From Oculina patagonica (Eukaryota), in NCBI RefSeq assembly GCF_052425735.1, contig NC_135760.1, positions 25,296,001 through 25,360,000 of the forward strand: a stretch of DNA of 64,000 nucleotides, given 5' to 3'. The position numbers were made by a program, and so were the translations under genes. Each line of letters starts with the position of its first letter. The stretch's first letter is position 1. Under the pieces are notes generated by a model. That model saw only the letters and a program-made list of their open reading frames with translations. It searched no databases and was not told the DNA's origin. This document shows, one piece after another, positions 25,401-37,200 of the stretch.

Positions 25401-27338
25401 GTCGCTTATCATGGTGGCACCCATTTCGAGTCCAAGAATTGTATGAAGACGAGTTAGCCCTTTAACCGAACGATCATATTTGCCCATATGAGTCGAAAGC
25501 GCCGCCGCCGAGGTAGCCATAGCATCTGATAACTTTATATCCTCGGGCTCCAGTTTGCCTTTGAACTGTTCCTTGTCTGGGTCACGATCAATACGCTCTA
25601 TTTCTGTGGGCGACATTGTCAAAAGTTCATAACTGTTCTGGGACGCCTCGCTTTTCTTCCAACGGTTAACCACAATGTTGGCCAAGTATTCAGGCTTCAT
25701 GTTTTTTAGATCTGCTAGTGTCAGTGGTCTCGCCTCCTCTTCACCCGCTTTATTAGCCAGCGTCAGACATGTCCAGAGAGTGCACACATCGTGCAGCTCA
25801 ATCCCGGAACATCCAGATAGTCCCAGGCCCTTGCGGTGATAAAACGCTCTCTGAAGCCTCCATCTGGAAAAGAACAGTCAATGTTTTACGTTCCATGTAA
25901 GGTATCTCCTACATAGTCGCTTTTCGAGCTCTATTTGCACTGATCGTAAAGAAAACATGTTTTCATTTTTGCAGATGATTGGCTGAAAGAGACAATACCC
26001 TTTCCATAAATGTAGCCTACGAGCAAGCTCATGTTTAAGTATGCACGCGCGAGTAGCGAAGCCGTATGAACGAGTCCTCTGCCCAAGAGTTCTCCTTGCT
26101 GGCCTTCTTCGCTGGCCGACTCGTCTACTCAGCCTTTATTCCCAAATTTTTCTGCTCGCAAGCAACAATGATTGGTTATATATATCCAGTCCCAGACTTT
26201 AAAGACAAAACTGGCAAATCCACTGTGTGTGCTATAATAAATCGAAAGGATGAATAGGACTGCACAGTTCTACACGCGTTCTGTCTCTTATCTAATGGTC
26301 TTTTTGACAAACGGTCTTTGACTGATCAATATACAAAACCTTTATTTACCTGTTATAAATGTGCACAAGTCTCTCATTCATTGCAGCCACTATAGGGACA
26401 ATCCACAAGACAAAGCCGGAGGCGAAGAGAAACCAATTAAATAGCTTGTCGGAAAATGTGATGCCATTTCTAAGTTCTTGGCCCTCGTACACCTTCAATT
26501 GCGTCACATAAGAATAAAAGAAAATAATCAGGACATAGGATATTTTGCTTCGTAGCAGGGGAAGAACCAACCACACTATTACGCCAACAGGCACAACCAG
26601 GATCTCTGCCCACAAAGGGATTTTATAGAAGGAATCATGAATGCCAAACGGGATGACAGTGAGCGCCAGCAACGCACCAAACGTGTATTGGGTGAGACGA
26701 ACGAAAAGCCTCTGAGGTGGAGAAAGACGTGTTAATCGAACAAGGACATAAAATGTGATAAACATGAGGAACAGAACAGCGAATAGTATAAAAGTGTAGA
26801 TCCTATCAGTTCCCTGTCGAGCGAGGCAATGCGTTAGGATGGCCTGGACCTCAGACAACTCAGCATCAGTCATGTAACTAGATACTACCGCTGATGCTTC
26901 CGCCTCAGCATCGCAGTCCACTTTGTCACGTAGGTACTTTCCAAAAAGGAGGTCGATCATGAAGGCTACTGGGCATGCGTACGATCCCCATATGATCAAT
27001 GGTTGCACGAAGGTGACCGTAATAATAAGGCAAGACAAAATAATTGTGTCGAAGATTCCTTGGAATGGCTTCTTCCAGTTGCAGACGTATCCTGTCCTAT
27101 CTCTCATGTGGTCAAAGAACTCCTTGTGCCAATCTTTGCGGGCTTCCCCGTCGCTTCCTTGCTGTTTTTCCTCTCTGTATTTCCAGTCCAGGTAGGCTGT
27201 ACCTGTATAACCACCCCCGGATACACAGCTCAAGTAATCTACCTCTACCTCACTCTCTAACAGTCTGCGCAAGACTCCAGAGCAGAATGCCGCTGACCGA
27301 ATACCACCGCCAGAAAACGCCAAGCCAGTACTAGACAT
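22424..27338 (-). CDS. TM-containing patatin/cPLA2-like phospholipase, copy B (intact, ~810 aa)
   Basis: Minus-strand exons 27338-26350 (989), 25863-25365 (499), 24668-24478 (191), 23512-23168 (345), 22832-22424 (409); sum 2433 nt = 810 aa + stop; all GT-AG; catalytic motifs GGGIR, CVSGG and SDGG intact; several hydrophobic helices in exons 1 and 3. Confidence 0.9.
23660..23900 (-). mobile_element. Interspersed repeat with tRNA-like head (SINE-like) in intron 3 of copy B
   Basis: Minus strand reads tagctcagttggttagagcg...gggttcgattcccg (23765-23700); acceptor and anticodon stems are imperfect. Confidence 0.6.
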
Positions 27339-29685
27339 GGTCACTACAAATACGGAAAATGTATACTGCATTTAATTAAGGAGATTTATTTTATAATAAA
27401 AGAATACAAATGCCATACGAAGCCTCTAAATGAAGCCCTCTCAAGATCTCCTACGAAGTTTCATGACCTCAGAACAAATAACTGACATTTCACGATATAT
27501 CAAGATCCAAAAAAGAAAATTTTTTGATCTTGAACCAAATTAGCCCCAGGAAATTACACAAAAAGCAGCTAAAATTGTCGAGGATAGCTCTGATTGTACC
27601 AACAAACGGCGAGCAACAGTCCGTATGCACGCCTGTCAAACAGTGTTTGATAGTCTCATAAACAAAACGATAGGGAGTTTGCGCAATATTTTCCTTTAAC
27701 AGGAAGAAATTCTTGGCAAGGAATGTTCTTCCTGCTTTTCAGCAGCAGCAAAACTAATAACGCTTGCCACCTGCACTGTAAACAATATGACGAAATCTGT
27801 CTCTTACCAACACATCAGGAGTCATTTGAATAACAAATCAGCTGGGAAGCCGTAAACTTGTGCTCAATTTTTACACCAAATTAACTGGTTTCACCTGGTC
27901 TAGGAAGAAAATACATTAATGGCTTTGTATATAATTTTTGGGTGTACTTTGTTTTGGTTTAGTTTCTGTGTTCCTGTAATTTGCGACATACATCTACAAA
28001 AGTGTAAAACCTTTCAAATTCCCACTTATTCTATTCATAAACTATCGAACTCTCTTTTGCCCATCGAACTGATCAGCATGAACTAAGTAAATGGTCATTC
28101 GTCCGATACAAAACAAGCATAAGGTGGCTTCGCACATCAAATGTAATATTCCAATCCCACGGAAAACTGTTTCAGTACCTAAGGCTTTTGAAAGAAGCAA
28201 GTCAAATGAAAATCTACTTACCCATTCACACTGGAGGTTGGAAGCGGTTTACCGGTGATCTTATACGTGCAGCCTTTTCGCGCATACCTAGTTTCGAACT
28301 GAGGCAAGCTAGCGTGTCATATTTCAACTTTTGACGTATGAATTTTTTATCTCCGACTTTCGCAAATACTGCTTCGTTATCTTTAGCACGTACTTGATGG
28401 TATGTTCTGTGTTCCTTCTCCAGCTGTTAATTTATAGATTCTTCTCTTCTTCTCTTATCTTGAGGTATCCACATGAGAAAATTAAATTGTTGCACAATGC
28501 TATAAAGCAGCCTTGAAAATACTGTAAAATTCCAAAAATACGCCTTGGGCTTATAGTTGTTCAACGCGCCTATCAGATGGGCTTATTTTTGGGGAGGGTT
28601 TGTATACGGTGGGCTTATTTTCGGATGGAAATTTGCATTTCAAAAACCCTTGAGTTTCTACTAGTCTTACAGGATGCTGTGTTTAAGCATGTTTTGATGC
28701 ATAACAAGAATACTGCATGGTGAAACACTTTAAACACAGCGATAAGAAACCCAAAACAAGACATACAAATAAAAACGTAACAGGTCTCTATATTCCATAA
28801 CGACGTAAATTTGGGGTGACTGACGTCGACCAAATGACCTTTCCATTCCCCATTACAGCTGAGTGGAATCACCCAATCAGAATTAATGCTTTATTGTCGG
28901 TCCAATATTTTCACAGTAAGGTTTTAGAACACGGCTGTAAAAGAAATGATTCATTGCTTATTCTCTTTTCCTCGATGGTTCTGGGACGGATGTAATAGGG
29001 GACGGCGGGTTGGTCGCGATGTTCTTTTGAGAAACGCATTTAAACTGAAGAAATCTTACTATATCAACGAAAACATAAATTGATAAATTGACAATTTTTT
29101 CTAAGAGAACTCATTATCTGCTTAACACTACTTTAATACTTCTGTATTCTAAGCAGGCTGCTGTTTGGCTGCAGCCTAACCCCTTTATCCCTACTTTTGT
29201 CAAGGAGGGGCCAAATTTCGATGCTCCACTTGATCTATGCAAACGGCTTGCGATAAACTCTTAAACAACTGAGGTTCAATTTTTTTTCTATCAAAAGGTG
29301 CGAGTATTGCAACTGTATTTTGGAAGCTATTTAAATTCGGAGATAAGAAATTTACACGTCAAAAGGTGAAATATGAGACTCAAGCTTGCCTCGATTTGAA
29401 CGCAGGTTTCTTTCAAAAGACAACACTCATAACACATTGGAAAACCGCTTGTTACCTCCAGTGTAGTTAGGTAAGTCTTTGATAGATTTTCTATTTAAAT
29501 GCCTCTTCTTTGAGGAAAACGTAATGTATTTTAACAGTTTACCTGAGATACAATATTATTTTTTCATGTGTGGGGCCACCTTATCCTCGTTTGTATATGA
29601 AAGTGTTAAAGTGTTGTTAAAGGCGGTTACGCACTAAGCTTCGAGATATAGCTATTTTTTAAGCATGCCACTGAAACAGAGAAAG

Positions 29686-30850
29686 CAGGGGCGTAGCCAG
29701 CTTCCTGAATTGTTGTAGGCCTGGCCGCTTCTAGAGGGAGAGGGGGGGGGGGGGGGCTCGGGGTTATGCTCCAGATAAAGGCCCTCAAAAGTGCAATCCG
29801 GCAGCACCTAAATTTTGGCCTTTCATTGCCGAGAATGGTCCGGCAATTTTCACTCATTGTTAAATATATAAACGCACTTGTCTTAAACGACACATATCTA
29901 TCACTTTGTAAAATAAAGTTCTCGAGTACGAGTATAATGTGCCAATTTAACAATATATCCTTCCAGACGTTTCAAGCTTAGCCCTTTATAAGTGGAAGTC
30001 AAGTTGCTGTTTCGTTGAGAAATTTGCTAAGGCCACGAAAAAAGATTTAAAGTTCCAATGCAAGCTGCGCGCGAGATGAGCGCGCGACGACTTACATTCA
30101 GTCAGCGCGGCTGACTTGTTCACAGATTAAAGATGAGTCGCTTTTCCTGAGGTTTTCGTTGTTTGTTCCCATCGCACAACATGATGCTACGGACTTGTAC
30201 ATCTTGAATAGTGTGGCCATTTGTATTGAAATGCTTTGCGACAGGAAAGCCTGGCAGGTTTTTCTCGATGCTGCGCTCAACGAAACGTTGCTGTAGCGTG
30301 TGGCCAGTTTTGGCGATGTAGATCGCAGAACAACGGCGGTAGGAGATGCCATACACTAAGCTGGTTGTTTCGCAGGTGAAAGCATCCTTGATAACGATAA
30401 AGCATTTGGGATCCTGCAGGGCGGGGTCAAGAGAATTTGATGACAGGTGCGGCAGCGAGCGTGCGTGCATGGAAAAGTTCCCACGTTAAGACCAGACTGG
30501 CTACTGTCGGTGGTGTGAACTATGACGTCGTGCTATTAAAAAAGCTCGAAACGTTTGGAACGCTATTTTGTTAAATTGGCACTTTATACTCGAAGACGAG
30601 AACTTTATTTTTTACCTTTTTATGCTTTAAAGTACAAGTGTCACGCAGCCAACGATTTTTACTTGCTAGAGGAGACTTGATTAATCGAGAAAGGGTAGTT
30701 GCGATATTTATAATGCATATTGCTTTCTATTTCATATTGAAAGTGCTTCAGCCACAATTACTCTCTCAGGATAGTACATTCTAAAAATACGAGTGGGCTA
30801 AAAAATTTGTAGGCCCGGGCCTACGGGCCTATAGGCTAGATACGCCCCTG
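29686..30850. mobile_element. Non-autonomous TIR DNA transposon (CAGGGGCGTA...TACGCCCCTG) with GAAAG TSD
   Basis: GAAAG at 29681-29685 and 30851-30855; the inverted paralog at ~60520 is an empty site. Confidence 0.85.
30120..30410 (-). mobile_element. Degenerate Penelope-like GIY-YIG endonuclease fragment
   Basis: FTCETTSLVYGISYRRCSAIYIAKTGHTLQQRF...NLPGFPVAKHFNTNGH...QRKPQEKRLIFNL matches the PLE endonuclease pattern (VIY-x-I-x-C-xx-C-xxx-YIGET...R). Confidence 0.8.
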
Positions 30851-32021
30851 GAAAGCAAATATTTTAAATGAACTGAACATGTTTGATATGACGATAGGCT
30901 TGAACCATTTACTCAGTTTCATGTCGATAGGAAAAAAGACCGGAGCAATAACCTATGAATAGAATTTGTGGGAATTTTAAATGTTAAATATACATTAAAT
31001 GGATCTTAAAATGAGCAGTTATAAAATTACTCAATGAACTTGCCCATTACCTCGATAAGCTTAGATATTTGTTTCGCAAATTATAAGAAGAACGATGGTC
31101 AATCTTGGCTAACTGAATTTGTTTGAAGTTTGCTAAACTAAAACAAACGCCCAAAACTACAAACACACAGAAAAAAAAATTGATATCGTCTTTAAAGACC
31201 AGGCAAAGCCATTTAATTTGGTTTAAAAATTGAGCACAAGGTGAAAACTTCCCAGTTGTTTATATAAATTATTAAAGCACTTATGTGTTGGTGACCGACC
31301 GCAGACTTCGAAATATTGTTTATATAGAGCAGGTGGCGGCAAACGTCATTGGTTTAGGAAGAACATTCCTTGCTAAGAAATTTGCTCCCTTGCAAACTGC
31401 ACTCGATCTTGCGCAAGCTCCGCGTCGTTCTAATGTAGCCGAACAGTTGAACGAAATGGCAAAACGCACACATATGGACGGAGAGCTTGCCCTGTAGAAT
31501 CAACATCGATCAGAACTCTCCTTAACAATTTTTTACTCTCCTTAACTATTTAGAACAACAACAACAGCCATTACAATTGGTCATTTTATGTTGCCAGGAA
31601 AAGAAAATAGAAATAATTACAGCATAAATTAAAATAACATGTATATAAGAAAACTAAACTACTCAGAATAGTAATAACTAAACCAGTCGAGTAGTAACAA
31701 AGTTAAAGCGCTCAGACTAGGTTGTACATGTAATTACTAAGATACTGAGGGAGATAGAAAACAGACTTTAAGATACAACAAGGAAATGAAAATAGAAATT
31801 GAAAAGTTAAAGAAATATTCGTGTTTTTATATTGGCCATTGGCTGCCTGGTTTCTTATCAAACTGCCTTCAAACCGTTTTCAAAGTTTCCAGGGAAAGGA
31901 TACACTCGGATCTCCCAATAAGATCGCGTGTGGCGCTTATTAGATCGCTCCTTCTAAGCTTTAACGTAACCCCCCCCCCCCCCCCCAGTGGGGAGCATCA
32001 TATAACCACGAGTAACGGCAT

Positions 32022-32338
32022 TTTAATAGTATATACCACACAAGTGAATAGTGCTTTTCGCGCGCACTGATTGGTTAACTCGGAGGCGATTAGCAAAGTA
32101 CTATTCACCTCCGAGCAGCTTAAGAGAAACAAACTGCCTTCGCGCGTCGCTTTGTTTACCGAAAGTGATGTTAATGTCCAATAGTTATTCAACTTGTGTG
32201 GTATATACTAAAACAAGTATTCACCTCAGTGTCGGTCTTGCCTTAATAAACCTGAGGTGGTGAATATTGACCTCGCCGCTTCGCGGCTCGGTAAATGTCC
32301 ACCACTATTCACCTCCACTTCGGTGAATAATTGTTAAA
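32022..32338. mobile_element. Interspersed repeat inserted just upstream of copy C exon 1
   Basis: Absent at the equivalent position in copy A (~2614); internal inverted motifs gtatataccacacaag / ttgtgtggtatatac; ends ...cacttcggtgaataattgttaa. Confidence 0.6.
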
Positions 32339-32402
32339 TATTTCTTGCTATATAATAAATCTCCTTATTTCAGTATTCATTTTCATTAATTTTATAGTGA
32401 CA

Positions 32403-34227
32403 ATGACCCGCACTGGCTTGGCCTTTTCTGGCGGTGGTATTCGGTCAGCGGCATTCTGCTCTGGAGTCTTGCGTAGACTGCTAGAAAGTGAAGTAGAGGT
32501 GGATTACTTGAGCTGTGTGTCAGGGGGTGGTTACACAGGCACAGCCTACCTGGACTGGAAATACAGAGAGGAAAGACGGAAAGGTGGCGATGGGGAAGCC
32601 CGAAGAGATTGGCACAAGGAGTTCTTTGACCACATGAGAGATAGGACAGGATACGTCTGCAACTGGAAGAAGCCATTCCAAGGAATCTTCGACACAGTAA
32701 TTTTGTCTTGCCTTGTTATTGCGGTCGCCTTCGTGCAACCATTGATCATATGGGGATCGTATGCATGCCCAATAGCCTTCATGATCGACCTACTATTCGG
32801 AAAGTACCTACGTGACAAAGTGAACTGCGATGCTGAGACTAATGCGTCAGCGGCAGCATCCGCTAACATGACTGATGCTGCGTTGTCTGATATCCAGGCC
32901 ATCCGAAGACATTGCCTCGCTCGACAGGGAACTGACAAGATTTACACCGTCATACTATTCGCTGTTCTGTTCCTCTTATTTATCTCATTTAATTTTCTTA
33001 ATCGATTAAACCGGCTTTCTCCACTTCAGAGTTTTTTCGTCCGCCTTAGTCAGTACACGTTTGGTGCGTTTCTGCTTCTCACTTCCATTCCGTTTAGCAT
33101 TCATGACTTCTACAATAATATCCCGCTCTGGGCAAAGATCCTGCTCGTGCCTTTGTGCATAATAGTGTGGTTGGTTCTTCCCCTGCTACGAAGCAAAACA
33201 TCCTATGTTATGATTATTTTCTTTTACTCTTATGTTACTCACTGGAAGGTGTACGAGGGAAAAGAAATTGCAATTGGTATCATGTTTTCTTACAAGCTAT
33301 TTCATCGGTTGCTTTTCGCATCCGGCTTTGTCTTGTGGATTGTCCCTATAGTGGCTGCATTGCATGAGAGACTTGTTCACATCTATAACAGGTTAGTAAA
33401 GGTTTCCTATACTGATGGGCCAAATACAGTTTCTTCAAAAGACCATTATATAAGAGAAAGAACGCAGAAAGAACGCCAAACAGCTGTGTAGCCCTTTTCG
33501 ATATGTTTTTAGCACACACTGTAGCTATGTTTTTAGCACACACTGTAGCTATGTCAGTTTTCCTTCTAGGTTTAGAATTGTATATACAAGTATAAAATCA
33601 TGGCAGACTACAAGTAGGCCAAAGCCTTGAAATACACGAGGTGTAAACGAGGCGGCGAGCGACGTGGGTGGGCGATGAGAAGTCTGGGGCGGACGACTTC
33701 TTCTTGCGGCTTCGCCACTCGCGCGCGTATTCCCTTAACGTGAGCGTGTTCGCAGGCTACAATCATGACAAATTTACTGTCTCTTTCAGTCAAACATCTG
33801 TTGTTAGAACAACAAATGTTTCAACCTGTTGTACGGAATAGAGCCTTGGACTTTCAACATGTTGAATGGCATATTTCAACATTCAACATCACACCATACA
33901 CTAATCAACCTTTGTTAAACAGCAGTAGCAACATTTGCAGTTGTTGCACAACAAATGTTGAACCCTGCATCATTGGCTTAAATAGATTAAATAAATCTTT
34001 TTTCCAATAATTTTACTCTCGGCTTAAGACATTGTAACTAGCTATTTTTAATTTTTTTTAATTATTTTTATTATCTTTTTTCTTACACTAGTTCCCATTG
34101 TTTTTATAATGTAATTTAATTATTGTCATGCGCTTTTTACATGAGCCTCTGTCTCGGATAGAGAGGGCAACCTCATCCCGCGCCATGACATTAATTGATT
34201 GATTGATTTATTGACTGATTGATTGAC

Positions 34228-34264
<37 letters not shown>

Positions 34265-37200
34265 CATTCATTCATTCATTGGTTGATTGATAGGAAGTTA
34301 TTGCGTACGCTCTTTGGCCCCGTCACGCATTCGTCTCCCAATAACCTTACCTCATGAGCATAGTTACTTACCTCAAAACATCGACCTTTCTTTTTGCAGA
34401 TGGAGACTTCAGAGAGCGTTTTATCACCGCGAGGGAGTGGGACCAAAAGGATGTGCAGGGATCGGGTTACAGGACACCTTTGCTCTGTGGACATGTCTAT
34501 CGTCGACAAACCAAGGGATTCCAGAGGAGGAGAAACCCTTGACACTTGCAGATCTGAAAGGCATGAAGCCTGAATACTTGGCCAACATTGTGGTCAATCG
34601 CTGGAAGAAAAGCAAATTGTCCCAGCACAGCTATGAGCTTCTGACAATGTCTCCTACAGGAATTGAGCGTATAGATCGCGACCCAAACAACAAACAGTTT
34701 AAAGGCAAACTGGAACCGGAGGATGTGAAGTTATCAGATGCTATGGCCACCTCGGCGGCGGCGCTTTCTACTCACATGGGCAAATATGATTACACGGTTA
34801 AAGGGCTGACTCGTCTCCATACGATTCTTGGACTCGAAATGGGTGCCACCACGATAAGCGACATTAAATCAGTGAGAAGGGAAAGTTGCACATTGAGGGT
34901 ATGTTAGCCTGCTTAACGTATGTAATACGCACTAGTTCTTCCCACGGGCGAGCGGGTTGCGTGTCCATTAAATGTTATTCGGTAATTAACGCCATGAAAT
35001 TTCGTGCCAAATCCGGTTAGCGAAAATGGAAAGACAGGTCGACATTTGGTCCTACACAGAGCTTTTAACATTAATAAAGTTTTAACAAGCCAAGCTCTAT
35101 CAAAGAGAGAGTACAACTTTTCCTGGAAATACTTTACTTGCAGGATTGTATTTTTGCTGCCGGGGTTAGATGCTAAAAGGACGTGCCTAGAACATGGACA
35201 TAGTTACTTTGTATTTAGATTTATCGGTCCATATATATTAAAGATGCAAAAGAGACCTTACTTATTGTCATACATTAGGAAATATGTTCAGCTCTAGACA
35301 GCATTTAGTCCACAAAACCCTCATATGCTTTGCTTCCAGCTCTAAGCTGTTTTCGTTTTAATTTCTAGAGTAATTGGTACCCAGCCTGATAATTCTAAGT
35401 TGTTCCATGATTAATCATTCTATTTCTTTTAATTGCTAATTCACAGATATTCCTTCCATGTGTTGTGGATGTTCTGCGTTGTCTGCCATTAATAGTTGTA
35501 CCGGCCCTTTACCATGGTTCAGAACCATCCGTTAAAATAGGAGTAATAATCTTCTTCGCTGTACATCTTGTACTGGTCTTCATCGCCCTCATTGACACAG
35601 GAGCGGAACAACCAGGATTGTTGGAGAAAGTAGCCAGGTAAGGGTAAAATAAAAACAGTTACTGTAATCACGATTTCTCGCGCCCTCGAGTTTTCGAACC
35701 TGCTGATAATTTGAAAAAAAAACAGTTTCCCTTGGATTTGCTTCAATAAGTCCCCAGGGGGGGGGGGGGGGTACTTGCAGTATACATGACGGGGGAGTCC
35801 GACGGAGCTTTATATTGCGAACCCAAAAAAATCCCTGACATCGAAATTTTCTACCCCAAAAAGTACAAGACCTAGCACCTCTATACTAATTTATTCAATA
35901 AAACAGACTTTAAGATCTAAAAAAATATATGACAGATTTCTTGACCCAAAAAAATACCGAGGGTGTAAATTTTCAACCGAAAAAATACGTCGGACCTCCC
36001 CGTCATGTATACTGCAAGTACCCCCCCCTTCCCTGGGAATAAGTCAAACACTGCAATTCTTCCTCCGATTTCTCGAATCAATATTCGTTTTTCTTGGAGG
36101 TTTGAGAAATAGGGACTTCACTCTGAAGCACTAAAAAGAATGCAGATTGTGAAGCAACATCTCTTGTACCTGTCACGCCCTCAGTCCCTCCCCTGCTCGA
36201 GAGCAACTTCGTTCCCAGGGTACCTTAGTCTAATCCCTGAACTCTTCTTTCCCGTCCTATGTAGGGGTTTAATCCCGCCTGCGTCCAACCTCTATAGGGC
36301 GGGGGAAGGAAAGTTCAGGGACTGGACTACGGGTTGGCTGAACGAGCAGATTTGCACCGAAAAATTTCACACTGATGAAGAAAAACGACCCGAGCACTAA
36401 ACTATCGAGTTCAATCCTAATCATGAGTCAACATGCGTTACTGTTGCTGTATTTTTATTTCAGATGGTTCATAGTGCACATTTCTTTCGTCTATTTTGTG
36501 AGAGAAATGTTTTCCAAGGAAAACACTGGCCCAATGCCGCCACCTATACTGCTTCTTAGCGATGGAGGCCATATTGAAAACCTTGCTATTTTACCGTTGT
36601 TAAAGAGAAGGCTACGAAGGATTGTTGTTGTTGATGGTGGTTATAAGAATGACGACCAATACTACGGAGACAGCCTTTTGAATGCACTGATGCTTGCTCG
36701 TACCAAGCTTAACTGTTCGTTTCTAAGTGAAGACGGCCAAGACGTTATTTCTGACCTCTTGGAGACGTTTGTGAGAGCAAAGACAGGAGGAAAGCCGCAT
36801 TATTATAAGTTTGTAGTTCTTTTCTTCGCTTGGGTGATTTTACAGTCTTTATAACGTCTCAAGTATAATTAATTATTTAAACTAGTAGTAATTGGCAATT
36901 AGGGGAGTGCGTTCGGTAGCGTGGGGTGATAGGGGAGGGGGGCAGGGAAAGCTGGAGGCAAGGGGTGGGAAGTAGAATATTATATTTTCATATTTTCTTA
37001 ATATTTGAGGTCTCTTTGTCATGTGCAAACTACAATGAAAAGTCCATGCAGAAAAGGTGACATTGCCAAGCTGATGAAAACTGATCTGCTTGTACCAACC
37101 CATCTTTCTAAACCATAAGAGAAGAATTTAAAGCCTTCTGATATTTGTGCCAAGCGAAGTCGCTAAAAATCTTTAATGAATCCAAATAAAGTACAATGTA

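Noticed and set aside
28615-28872. ORF with a paralog at 61480-61707
   Set aside because: Part of an inverted noncoding duplication; no domain signal and different start positions.
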